Positions 37,538 through 47,500 of a stretch of 64,000 nt of DNA are shown here, piece by piece. The notes beneath the pieces are model-generated. The model had not been told where the DNA came from. It made no database searches and saw only the letters and a list, made by a program, of their open reading frames with translations. The translations under genes were made by a program, and so were the position numbers. The stretch covers positions 1 to 64,000 of the IMG/VR virus record IMGVR_UViG_3300044878_000059; one strand, 5' to 3'. This stretch comes from a virus (taxonomy: Duplodnaviria > Heunggongvirae > Uroviricota > Caudoviricetes). The number at the start of each line of letters is the position of its first letter. The first letter of the stretch is position 1.

Positions 37538-39244
37538 AACAGAAATTTTGATTTCGGAAAATTTGCCGTTCATCTGAACGTCGATGGTTCGATTGAATTC
37601 CATCGCTTCGATTTTCTCGCTATGACTGATCACAAAGATAGAATCGTCGATACGATCCAGAATCTCCACCAAGGCATCGATCCCGTCCGTGTCGCTTGAG
37701 CCGTCCATGACTTCATCCAGCACCAGCACGTTTACCCGGCTGCCTGAAATCAGACGCACCAGATCACGCCAAGCGAACAGAATAGAAATGTCAATCCTGT
37801 ACTTCTGGCCTTCCGAGAAGCTGTTGTAGACGAAATTTTCCATACCACGGGTCTTGACAGTCTCGTTGAACTCTGAATCAAGCTCGAACGTGTACATGGC
37901 ACCCATTTTGGTAAGGTAGTCGTTGATCAGTTTGTTCATGACTGGAATGTACTGCCCGATGATCACGGATTTGACACCGGAATCTTTCAGGATCGCATTG
38001 ATAGCCGCGTAGCAGTATTTGTCGTTCATCAGTTCCAAACGGTGTTCGCTGACCTTGTTGATCATCTGTTCCAGCTTGATCAGTTGCTGGCTCATATCTT
38101 TGAACTCTTTCGACTCAAGGGTTTTGATAAAATCCTTGGACGACTGGATAGCTGTTTCGATATGGCGAACGCTGGATTCATCCCCGGCCTTTTGGCTTTG
38201 GACTTCCTGAATCTTGGCTTTGATTTTCTGATCGCGAACCCGATCTACTTCCTTGGCATTGATCCCAGCGACCTTTTCATCCAACCGCAGACCGATTTCA
38301 TCAATGGTCATGTCCAGTTCGAAGACCTTCTTTTCTTTGAAGGTTGTATCAATCTTCTGGGTACACACAGGGCAGTTATCGTTGCTGTTCAGGAAGTGCA
38401 GCATCTTTTGATGCTCGGCAATCTTCGCTTGCAGTGTTCCACGTTCGGCGTAAAGCCCCGGTAACGCTTCCTGATACGATCCGTCGCTTAACATAGGCCC
38501 AAGCTTAGCCAGAACCATTGTATGCGTCAGAACGTCTGTCAGGGCCGTTTCCAGCTTGTGTTCCAGTGCAACCAACTTGGTCTTTTCGGCCTGAATCAAT
38601 TCGTCGGCCTTAACCTTGTCGTCGGCTTGCTGTTTTTGCAGCATGCTTTGTTTCTGGGTCAGAAGTTGCAGGTTGTGTTCGGCCTGAACGATGTCACTCT
38701 GAACAATAGAAATCCGTTCCTTGTTCTTCGCAGCCATGATCGACAGCAACTGAATATCCAACAGGTCTTCAATCACTTCACGGCGTTTCGGTGTGGTCAG
38801 TTGCATGAACGGGACATAACCAGCCGTACCCAGAACAACAATCTGCTTGAACGCTTTCAGGGTCATTTGCAGAATGTTGTCTTCAAGGAACGTTTGGTAA
38901 TCGCCGGTACTTGCATCTTCCTCGATGATCACACCGTCTTTCTTGATTTCAAATACCTTTGGGCCAATACCGCGACGAACTTCGTATTCAGCACCGTCAA
39001 CCTCGAATTCAAGTTTGACTTCCATACCTTTCTTGTTGAAGGTGTTAACCAGCAACGGCATGTTGATGTTTCGATATGGTTTACCGAACAGAGCGTAAGT
39101 CAAGGCTTCAATCAGGATGGTAGATTTACCTGTTCCGTTCTTGCCGGTAATCAGGGTTTTCTTGTACGTGTCAAGATCAATGATGATCGGTGAATTACCG
39201 ACACTCATTAGATTCTTGATCGTAATCCTTTTCATGTTGATCAA
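37535..39244 (-). CDS. 46: recombination endonuclease subunit (SbcC/Rad50-like ATPase)
   Basis: Walker A GKNGTGKST, long coiled-coil, ABC signature. Confidence 0.85.
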   Translation of the reverse strand: MINMKRITIKNLMSVGNSPIIIDLDTYKKTLITGKNGTGKSTILIEALTYALFGKPYRNINMPLLVNTFNKKGMEVKLEFEVDGAEYEVRRGIGPKVFEIKKDGVIIEEDASTGDYQTFLEDNILQMTLKAFKQIVVLGTAGYVPFMQLTTPKRREVIEDLLDIQLLSIMAAKNKERISIVQSDIVQAEHNLQLLTQKQSMLQKQQADDKVKADELIQAEKTKLVALEHKLETALTDVLTHTMVLAKLGPMLSDGSYQEALPGLYAERGTLQAKIAEHQKMLHFLNSNDNCPVCTQKIDTTFKEKKVFELDMTIDEIGLRLDEKVAGINAKEVDRVRDQKIKAKIQEVQSQKAGDESSVRHIETAIQSSKDFIKTLESKEFKDMSQQLIKLEQMINKVSEHRLELMNDKYCYAAINAILKDSGVKSVIIGQYIPVMNKLINDYLTKMGAMYTFELDSEFNETVKTRGMENFVYNSFSEGQKYRIDISILFAWRDLVRLISGSRVNVLVLDEVMDGSSDTDGIDALVEILDRIDDSIFVISHSEKIEAMEFNRTIDVQMNGKFSEIKISV

Positions 39245-40278
39245 TGTGATTCTGCCTCGCGGTATAAGTCCATCATAAAGCGTTTGATTTTGGTTCGATC
39301 TTCCTCGGTTTCTTCCAGAGTATCGATATACTGATCAATGACTTCGGCTGTAGTCAGAAGGTTGTTCAGTGTTGGAGCCGACGACGTTCCGCCGTTTGAA
39401 TCCAATACGTCTTTGACCTTGACTTCACGCGCAATCGTAATCAGCTTGTCGATCAATTTATCAAACTTCTTGGTATCACCACGCGACTTGACTTGAATGT
39501 TCAAGTACATGTCTTTGTAGCGTTCCAAGTTCTTTTCATCAAATGTTGAATGATCGAAGTAGATACGCGAAAATCGCGGCATGTTGTTATTATGAAACTC
39601 GAAAGTTCCATCGTCGGTGTCGTACACCCAAACCCCACGTTCATCATCCGCATCACCGAAGGTCAATTGGTATGGAGTACCAACGTACAGGATGTGGTTC
39701 GCTTTGGAGATTGTATGGAAGTGACCCGACCAAACTTGGCTGTAGTTCGCCAAGAAGTGTGCATCTTCACCCTGAGAAGCCATGCCCCGGTAATACTGGA
39801 ACCCAGCCAACTCGAAGTGACCAACCGCAATGTTGTTGCTACTGTTCGCGATGAAATCCAGAACCTGTTTACGGTTGTCTCGACAAATCCAAGGGATCAT
39901 GTCGATTTTGATTCCATCAACTTCCAGCACACCCGGTTCGTTGTAGATCGTGAAGTTTTCGTACCCTGCCAGCAACTCATTACAAGAGTTCGGGAAGATC
40001 GATTCTTTCAAGTGCATGTCGTGGTTACCGACCAGCACATGCCATTCTTGACCCTTGGTCTTGGGGATCAGTTTTTCCCGTACAAGTTCCATAGTGTCAT
40101 GTCGAATAGCTTTCCGGGCATCAAAGAAGTCACCGGTTTGAATAACGTGTTTGATTCCGAGTTTGAGCATCAACGGGAAAATGAATTCATCAAAGACCCG
40201 TATTTGATATTCGGCGGTTTCTCGGTCGCCACTACGATGACCCAAATGTTGGTCACCGATCACCATCAGTTTTGCCAT
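39241..40278 (-). CDS. 47: recombination endonuclease subunit (SbcD/Mre11-like)
   Basis: VIGDQHLG phosphoesterase motifs. Confidence 0.85.
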   Translation of the reverse strand: MAKLMVIGDQHLGHRSGDRETAEYQIRVFDEFIFPLMLKLGIKHVIQTGDFFDARKAIRHDTMELVREKLIPKTKGQEWHVLVGNHDMHLKESIFPNSCNELLAGYENFTIYNEPGVLEVDGIKIDMIPWICRDNRKQVLDFIANSSNNIAVGHFELAGFQYYRGMASQGEDAHFLANYSQVWSGHFHTISKANHILYVGTPYQLTFGDADDERGVWVYDTDDGTFEFHNNNMPRFSRIYFDHSTFDEKNLERYKDMYLNIQVKSRGDTKKFDKLIDKLITIAREVKVKDVLDSNGGTSSAPTLNNLLTTAEVIDQYIDTLEETEEDRTKIKRFMMDLYREAESH

Positions 40279-40775
40279 TAATCAATAAATTCCGCTAACC
40301 CACCTTCCTCGATTGATTCGAGTGGAACAATTTTCTTACCGGGAGCTTCTTTCAGTTTCTCCCCGATGTCTTTGAAGAACGAGTAGTCAATCTGAATTGG
40401 ATTGCCATCGTCATCAAATTCTTCAAGGTCTGGAATAGCTTGCAGGTAGTATTTGTATTTGATGCGGGTTTGTTTGTTTTCTTTCTTCAAACGATTGACA
40501 CAAGCTCGCTCACAGATACGGGTAATGTATGCGTGTACGTTCTTGTATTGGGTGTTGTACTTGTGCAGGTATCGAACGCAAACTTCAATTGCATCCAACG
40601 CCATTTCATCACGCCATGTGTAGTTCTGGAAGTTCCAGCGTTTCACAAGGTTGTTCGCAATCAGAATTACGGAACGGCATGTATAATCGCCCATCTTTGC
40701 GACGGGGTTTGTTTCACGGCGTTTCTGCCAGTCTACAATATCCTCATACAGTAAATTGTTATCAACGTACATCAT
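40278..40775 (-). CDS. 55: late-transcription sigma factor
   Basis: similarity to T4 gp55 (NVHAYITRICERACVNRLKKE). Confidence 0.7.
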   Translation of the reverse strand: MMYVDNNLLYEDIVDWQKRRETNPVAKMGDYTCRSVILIANNLVKRWNFQNYTWRDEMALDAIEVCVRYLHKYNTQYKNVHAYITRICERACVNRLKKENKQTRIKYKYYLQAIPDLEEFDDDGNPIQIDYSFFKDIGEKLKEAPGKKIVPLESIEEGGLAEFID

Positions 40776-40796
40776 TTCTCCTACTGGACAGATTCA

Positions 40797-40830
40797 ATCA
40801 TACCAGCGTTTGTATCAAATATAAACATTC
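40797..40830 (-). promoter_or_regulatory. phage promoter upstream of gene 55
   Basis: AATGTTTA N19 TATGAT. Confidence 0.55.
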
Positions 40831-40892
40831 ACATAGAATGCAAAAAGGCCACTCGTCGGTTAAAACGAATGGCCTTCTGTTCCCGAAGCACG

Positions 40893-41174
40893 CTAGCGGG
40901 GTATCTTTTTGTAAATCTCAAAGTTCTTGAAGAACTCGTCGATGGTCATATCAAGCGTTCCGAAATACTTGTTGGTATCCTTGACGTATGCCCGGACGCG
41001 AACGTTCTGGGTTTCGAAAGAAATGGTCAAGACTTGAGCAAGCAGTCGCTCGGTTGATACGGGTACGTGTGTCCACGTTCGATCTGGGTTTATATCATAC
41101 CTGTAGGTGGTTCTATCAAACTCGAACCAATACGGTGATGCAATCCGCTGAACAGTTTTCCGTTTAGCCATCAC
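40893..41174 (-). CDS. hypothetical protein (93 aa)
   Basis: ORF. Confidence 0.4.
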   Translation of the reverse strand: MMAKRKTVQRIASPYWFEFDRTTYRYDINPDRTWTHVPVSTERLLAQVLTISFETQNVRVRAYVKDTNKYFGTLDMTIDEFFKNFEIYKKIPR

Positions 41175-41614
41175 GCCTCATACAGCGATACGATTTTACC
41201 GGCCCTGATATCGACTCGACCTTCACCAACCACCATCATTTGATAGCGTCCGTCAGGTCGTTCCCTCAGTTCTTTCCAACACGAACCCCAAGGCCCGGTG
41301 ATAAGCAGAGTACGGCAACCGTCACTTTTGGTGATACGGTGGTACTCATTCTTCGGAATGTATATCAGTCGGCTTCTGTTTCGATTCGGCCGGATCACCT
41401 TACCACCGTCTTTCACGATTTCTTCGACGTAGTTGCCTTTCAGCAACAAACTGATCGCCCCAAATGCATGGGTATGGTATCGGTCTTGATTGCCCGTGGA
41501 CTTGTGGAAGTGGAACAGTTTGATACTGAACAGCTTCTTCCATTCCAACAGGGTGATTTCGGTAATCGGTTGATCGCCTTGGACGATTAATTTCTTCTTA
41601 TAGAATACTATCAT
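41171..41614 (-). CDS. hypothetical cupin-like protein (147 aa, start moved off tRNA)
   Basis: the ORF N-terminus is tRNA sequence; Met35 chosen. Confidence 0.35.
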   Translation of the reverse strand: MIVFYKKKLIVQGDQPITEITLLEWKKLFSIKLFHFHKSTGNQDRYHTHAFGAISLLLKGNYVEEIVKDGGKVIRPNRNRSRLIYIPKNEYHRITKSDGCRTLLITGPWGSCWKELRERPDGRYQMMVVGEGRVDIRAGKIVSLYEA

Positions 41615-41634
41615 TCTGTACCAAGCATTGAATT

Positions 41635-41720
41635 TGGTGCCGATGGTGGGATTCGAACCCACGATCCCTTCCGGGCGGCAGTTTTTGAAACTGCTGTGTA
41701 TGCCACTCCACCACATCGGC
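41635..41720 (-). tRNA. tRNA-Leu (anticodon CAA), type II
   Basis: hand fold: GCCGATG acceptor, anticodon loop TTCAAAA, long variable arm, T-loop TTCGAAT, encoded CCA. Confidence 0.65.
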
Positions 41721-41767
41721 TAGAAGGCCCGAACGTAACACCGCATAGAGTCAGTGCCAGTGGATCG

Positions 41768-41845
41768 GGCGCGTTTTTGGAAGGACGGGTCGGATTTGAA
41801 CCGACGGTTTTACGGATTTGCAATCCGGTGCATTGGGCCTCTCTG
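41768..41845 (-). tRNA. tRNA, probably Cys (GCA)
   Basis: T-arm GTCGG/TTCAAAT/CCGAC, loop TTGCAAA; imperfect anticodon stem. Confidence 0.45.
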
Positions 41846-41863
41846 CCACCGCCCCTTTGATAT

Positions 41864-42241
41864 TTAGATCAGGATTTTCAGCACTTCGCGTGCTTCGCTG
41901 ATCGCACCCAGACGAATCAAACGAATTGCAGTGTTCTTCAACACATCGTTTGGTTTTGGGGCAGCCTTAACCGGCTTCGTCGGTACATCATACCGGCTGA
42001 TCAGGTTGGCACCGCCGAGCGCGACCACGGTGTTACGTTCAAGATGACTGAATTGAGGTTCCAGTTCGGAATCGATGATCACGAACGATGCACGACCCAG
42101 CATATGCATGGTCAGCCAATCGGCAACGTCTTTTGCTTCTTTCAGGCCGCAGCCGGTTTGTTCGCGGAACTCTTTGATCCACCAGACTTTCTTGTCACCA
42201 ACAAAGCCATTTGTGCAAAACGCAGAAACCTTAAAACGCAT
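41864..42241 (-). CDS. protein with ribosomal L7/L12 C-terminal-domain-like segment
   Basis: IKEFREQTGCGLKEAKDVADWL resembles bL12 CTD (VKEVRxxTGLGLKEAKDLVE). Confidence 0.35.
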   Translation of the reverse strand: MRFKVSAFCTNGFVGDKKVWWIKEFREQTGCGLKEAKDVADWLTMHMLGRASFVIIDSELEPQFSHLERNTVVALGGANLISRYDVPTKPVKAAPKPNDVLKNTAIRLIRLGAISEAREVLKILI

Positions 42242-42248
42242 CTAATAC

Positions 42249-42641
42249 TCACTTATTCGTTAGAATCGCATAAGCTCGCACCACACCAAACAGCACGTAT
42301 TTGATGATAGGGTTCACGTTGGAAACACCCATCGCCTCAAGAAAGATATAATCACCTTCCTTACGTGTGCAAGTTCTGGTCGAACCATTTTTCAATGTAA
42401 TGGTCTTGAAATCGCATAGGTAGTCATGAACCACGCAAGCCTTACCGTATGTGCCCATGGCTGGTAGCAACCATTTGAACCATTTGGTAGTTGCGAAGTC
42501 AGTAACAAATCCCTTCGGTACAACGACTTTTTCATTTCCGTCTAGATCACCGATCACGTATGTGAATGGTGTTTTTAGAATCCAGAGGGTCATTTTATCA
42601 TTGAACGGCGATACATCAAGTTCATCGGTATAGCTGCTCAT
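42249..42641 (-). CDS. hypothetical protein
   Basis: ORF; internal start chosen to avoid overlap. Confidence 0.3.
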   Translation of the reverse strand: MSSYTDELDVSPFNDKMTLWILKTPFTYVIGDLDGNEKVVVPKGFVTDFATTKWFKWLLPAMGTYGKACVVHDYLCDFKTITLKNGSTRTCTRKEGDYIFLEAMGVSNVNPIIKYVLFGVVRAYAILTNK

Positions 42642-42651
42642 CTTCTTATCC

Positions 42652-42942
42652 TTATAGACGTTCGAGGAAAATTTCTTCCTGATGTCTATGCAGACCATCC
42701 GTGTATAAATCGGCAAGTTCCTTTCTCAAGGCAACCCGCAGCACAATATCTTTCGACGTGCCAACGATTGCATATGCAGCCCGAGACTTTTGATCGCCGG
42801 TCAGCTTATCACCACGAACGAATTGCATTTTGATACATTCCATATACGGAAAGTATTTCTTCACGATCCATTCCATCAAACTGCGACTGAACGAAACGCG
42901 ATGCAATTTATTGGTCTGAGGGTCGTAAACCCCATAAACCAA
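42652..42942 (-). CDS. hypothetical protein (96 aa)
   Basis: ORF. Confidence 0.4.
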   Translation of the reverse strand: MVYGVYDPQTNKLHRVSFSRSLMEWIVKKYFPYMECIKMQFVRGDKLTGDQKSRAAYAIVGTSKDIVLRVALRKELADLYTDGLHRHQEEIFLERL

Positions 42943-43002
42943 ATCAGAGGACTTGCAGTTACAACTAATGTTCTACACTTTCATCGGTACTATCCTATTT
43001 AG

Positions 43003-43260
43003 TTACCAGCGGCTGAATGCCAACTGGGCTGTAAAATACTTGTTTGATACATATTGGTTTCGGATCAACCGGCACAGTTCGTCCTTGCTGAACACGAATG
43101 GAACGATGTTGTTCGACAACCGCGATGGGTTGAAGAACCAAATTTCCACATCTTCCGGGCCAACCGCAGACCATGCGATTTGCCGCTGTAAACCATTGAT
43201 TTCGATGGCACCACACGAACGGGTCTGTAGTAGCTCCATCAATTCGGCGGTGCTAATCAT
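43003..43260 (-). CDS. hypothetical protein (start moved off tRNA)
   Basis: ORF N-terminus is tRNA sequence. Confidence 0.3.
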   Translation of the reverse strand: MISTAELMELLQTRSCGAIEINGLQRQIAWSAVGPEDVEIWFFNPSRLSNNIVPFVFSKDELCRLIRNQYVSNKYFTAQLAFSRW

Positions 43261-43275
43261 ATCAATCCTAAAATT

Positions 43276-43351
43276 TGGTGCGTCTGACGGGACTCGAACC
43301 CGTGGCACAGGAATTTAGAGTTCCCTGCTCTGCCAACTGAGCTACAGACGC
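43276..43351 (-). tRNA. tRNA with anticodon CUA (putative amber suppressor)
   Basis: clean cloverleaf: acceptor GCGTCTG/CAGACGC, D GCTC/GAGC, anticodon stem GGGAA/TTCCT, loop CTCTAAA (U33, A37), T ACGGG/TTCGAGT/CCCGT, A73, CCA. Confidence 0.6.
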
Positions 43352-43507
43352 TTTGGCTGGATACCGCCCCGATTCAGGCCGGGGAATTGAGGTCGCTGTC
43401 CTACCACTAGACGAACACCCCGCAGTATTGGGGTGTGCCGGAATCGAACCGACGTTAGCGACTGGAGGCTGAGTTGTATGCTGTCAGTATCCGGGTAGCT
43501 TTAAATT

Positions 43508-43581
43508 TGGGGTGAGCCGGGGATTCGAACCCACATCACAGAGGTCACAACTCTGTATTCTAACCATTGAACTAAGCCCAC
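43508..43581 (-). tRNA. tRNA-His-like (GUG), atypical T-stem
   Basis: anticodon arm CAGAG/TTGTGAC/CTCTG, C73, acceptor GTGGGCT/GGCTCAC with two G-U pairs. Confidence 0.4.
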
Positions 43582-43630
43582 GATCACGTTTTGTTCTGTT
43601 TCATGTCGCGGTCGCCGTTGACATGAAACA

Positions 43631-43666
43631 AATATACCACCAGTTCTGTTCCGAATAAACATTCAG
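43631..43666 (-). promoter_or_regulatory. phage promoter upstream of the first tRNA cluster
   Basis: AATGTTTA TTCGGAACAGAACTGGTGG TATATT; an 11-bp inverted repeat follows. Confidence 0.5.
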
Positions 43667-43760
43667 TCCAGCAAATCGCAAAATAATTCCAGCAACCCTT
43701 CCAGAAGGACGAACGGCCAGAATCCATCGGATGGTTTCCGCTTCGGTTTTGTTTTGTCTG

Positions 43761-44267
43761 TCATTTGCCTGTCCACGATGGGTCGATGTCGTCGCCGTAT
43801 TCCTCGATGATGACGATTTTCCTGTCTGATATAAAGGACGTTGGCCCAAGCTCGATCTTCATATCCCCGATGTCATACGACAGGGTGATGTGTGGAATGA
43901 AGCTAGGATGATCCCACGTACCGCCGTGTTCCTTCATCAGTTCCGAGTGACGATTTGATAGAAAGGTACTGGCATAGGCTAGCACCAAGGCATTCTTACC
44001 GGAAGCGGTTTTGAACACCTTCAAATCGAATTCATTCGTATCTGAGGTTGGATTCACTGGGTACACACCGAATGGAACATAATTCGGCAGGGGTTTACGG
44101 CTGTACAGCAATGTGCTATGGAATTTTTCTGGATCAAGACGATTCGGCAAATTCAACATATCTTGCATGATCATTAAATCACGCACGGTTAATGGATCAA
44201 AACGCACCCCGGCGTATGTTCCATGAATCCCTTCGGTTAGGAAGGGAAGCATTTCTCTAAAATTCAT
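43761..44267 (-). CDS. 2H phosphoesterase (LigT/CPDase/Acb1-like)
   Basis: two HxT/S motifs (HSTLLY and HITLSY). Confidence 0.55.
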   Translation of the reverse strand: MNFREMLPFLTEGIHGTYAGVRFDPLTVRDLMIMQDMLNLPNRLDPEKFHSTLLYSRKPLPNYVPFGVYPVNPTSDTNEFDLKVFKTASGKNALVLAYASTFLSNRHSELMKEHGGTWDHPSFIPHITLSYDIGDMKIELGPTSFISDRKIVIIEEYGDDIDPSWTGK

Positions 44268-44278
44268 TAGTGGCCCTG

Positions 44279-44554
44279 TTAATAGGGTTTGAGATTATCA
44301 AACCCCATCTGTTTATCGACCATCTTCCCAGTCGGGAATATTTCATCCTGACTGGTTTTGACGGGGTACGTTCGGTTGTTGCCGACTCTGAAAAATACAC
44401 GTTGGCATTCCAGTTCAGATACCTTGACCGCTTCACCACCCTTATTTACAACTGTTCGGACGATGGCAACGAAAGGCATCTGTTGGAAGAACGGATTCGA
44501 TTGATCAAATGTTGACGACATCAATTTTTCTCCAAGTGTTGGTTCTGATTGCAC
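44279..44554 (-). CDS. hypothetical protein (91 aa)
   Basis: ORF, overlaps the next gene by 50 nt. Confidence 0.35.
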   Translation of the reverse strand: MQSEPTLGEKLMSSTFDQSNPFFQQMPFVAIVRTVVNKGGEAVKVSELECQRVFFRVGNNRTYPVKTSQDEIFPTGKMVDKQMGFDNLKPY

Positions 44555-47500
44555 CAGTAGCGTTCAGATACGGTCTGTTATCCAATGGAACATCCAGATT
44601 GATTTCAGACAGCCAAGGAATCCAACCCAATTGCAAGGTTTTGTTGAAAACCTCAGTTCGGATTGCATCACCGCTTGAGTTGTTTGGTGCATAGTTCAAG
44701 CACACAACATCAAACACATGTTCCTTGCGCAGTTCTTTCATCATTTCTGCAATGTTGTTGTTCCAATCGATTGCACCCGGATCGGTAATCAACTGGTAAG
44801 TTCCGGTATCGAAGTTGTAATCAGAGAACACAGATTCAGCCATTGAGTATGTAATACTCTTGACAATCTGGTCGTAGATACTGAAACCACGGTTCGCACA
44901 AAACATCTTGTCCGAATACTGAGTTTTCAGATCGTTGATAATTCCAGCCATACCGGCCTGATAATCAGCTCTGTTATACACGTCTACGGTGTCTACGGTG
45001 TCCATGAAGACCCCATCAGACTCCAACCCCATCTTGGTATAGGCTAATGAAACTGCTACGCCTGCAAGAGCTTGTGGAACGTCTACGTCGCTCGGATCGG
45101 TGGTGAATACAATCGCACCAGTCTTGAAATCGATTGTGTAGTGTTTGTTGATCGTGTAAACGAACCCGGTTGATGTATGACTAACCGTAATTGGCTCGCC
45201 GGAATCAATCGGATAGAAACTTGCACGAACACCAATCACACTACCGGTTGTAGTCGTATGCGAAGCCAACAGAACCCCGGTTTCAGTTTTCGGACTACCA
45301 ACACCAAATACCAAAGGCATGTAATGCTGTTGCAGTCGTTCCATCCAGCTACCGGCACCACGTTTCACCGCATCAATGTAATACGATCCCCAAATACCGT
45401 TGGCATCTGGTTTGTTCGAACCTACAGAGAAATCCTGACCCCAAGAGTTTTCAGCTTGTTGGTACTGTGGACATTTGGTGTTTGTCGGTGTGTATTTCGG
45501 ACATGCACTGTTTGTACAGGCCGATGTTGCGTTTCGTTGCCAGTTGTTTGCACTGGTGTATCCACCCGCACATGCACCGCCAGCCGATTGAGCGATATAA
45601 CCATCACGACTATCTTTCGTACATGCCGTACCGCAACGACCAGTTCCCGCTAGGTAATGGGCGTTTGACAATGCACAGGTCTTTTGACCAAACAGTCTTT
45701 GGTTATCGTTCTGACATTCGTTGACTTCACCGAAGTTGTAACCCTGCGACATGTAATAGGACGCATAACCACCCGGCCCCTGACCGTTACCGATTTGTGG
45801 GCTTTTGGTGCTTGAGTAATCCCAGATGTTCGCCGGTTCACCATCTTCTTCACCAAACGAAATGTAGTTGATTACTTTGATACCAAGGTCTTGAAGTTCC
45901 TTTACCTGCTTGCGGTTCAGTGCCAGTGGATCGGTAATCACAATGTCGTACTGTTTGAACTTCTCAAGGAAGCCAGCCGCGTAGCAACAAATGAACGTCG
46001 GGAATCGATATTCAACTTCGACTTGAGTTCCACCACGGTTATCATGGGGACTGGTCTTGTCTAGATTGAATGCGTTCTTATCTGGTGCATCAAATACAAC
46101 TTTACCATTCTGCAATCGAACATTTTTCACTGGGAACGGTGGAACCTGTTTCAGATCGTACTTAACCTGCAAAACCTCATCAACTTGCGTATAGTTCGCA
46201 GCCTCTGTGTAGTTCAGTGTGGTGAACAACGCACCAGAGTTAGCCACGATACGCACGATAACGCTGTTGGAACCAGCACCCAGACCGGTAGCCGTCATCA
46301 GAGAGAACTTCTGAATCAAGGTTGGATCGGATGTCGATACAGTCAGTGTTGTAACAAAGTTACCGAATGCGGCCTGACGGTTTGTGTTCGTCGCAGATGC
46401 GTTAGCACTCATTGTGATTGCAGTACCGTTGATTGCGGTAATGGTGGTTGGAACCGTGGCAAAACCGTTCATGACGATTTCCATACCGACCGTCAAGCCA
46501 GCATTCGATGGAACCGTTACTATCGGGCTACCGCTTGTAATCTTACAGCCGTTCAAGCTGATACCGTTTTTCATTACACGATATGCAGACAACCCGGAAT
46601 CTCGCCATACACGCATACTGAACGAATCACCGTAGTTGGTGAACTGCATCCATGAATACTTGTTAGCAGAACCCCAGCTTGTTTCAGGGAACGTTGCATC
46701 AGCCGCTTGTTCGTACCAAGACCCGTAATAGGTAATTGCACTTGAGTTGTAAGGTGCAGCAATGCTGTTACTGATTGGAACTGTACCGGCAGCATCTTTG
46801 ATGTAAGAACGTAGGTTCAAATCATAAGTCTTCAAGCCAGCAACTTCATTACCAATCAACTTCGGCAATAGGTTTAGTTCGAACGTACTGTTAGGCGACA
46901 AGTTACCAACAGATACAGTACCGATTGCAGTACCATTCGGATACGTTAGACCAGCATCTACGGTAATAGTTGTGTTGACAATACTATCAGCACCGATGTT
47001 CTTTAGTGTGAACTTCTTACCTTGCGGCATATCGGCGGATGGTGCAACCCAACCATTCGAACTTACAGACTTGTTGTTATACGAAAACGCTTTGATTCGA
47101 TGCATAATGAAGAATGCAGTCGATGTGTTATCGATACAGAACAGTTCTACGGTGTGAACACCATCAGACAAACCATCGGCAATTACGATATCGCGAATTT
47201 CCTGACCCAACGATGCCGGAACAATAGTCGTTGCGTTACATGTGATGACATCCACGGCAGTAGTCAACCCAGCGATCAGGGAAGGCTTTACACCGTCGAT
47301 TAGCACATAAGCCTTACCCATGCCGGGGTCAAGACCAATACGCACCGCTACGGCACTCCCAGACACGCTTACAGAGGCTTTACCTTTGATAGTGAATGCT
47401 CGGCTCTCCATAGTTCCAGTTGGATAACCCAAGTCGCCTTGGTCACGAACCCAATCCCCACCAGAATAGTTGGTAGAGTTGTAGGTGAATGAATTACTGA

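Noticed and set aside
43417-43497. tRNA-like sequence with T-arm GTCGG/TTCGATT/CCGGC
   Set aside because: No acceptor 5' strand complementary to ACACCCC at the expected distance; likely a tRNA remnant. Left out of the feature list.
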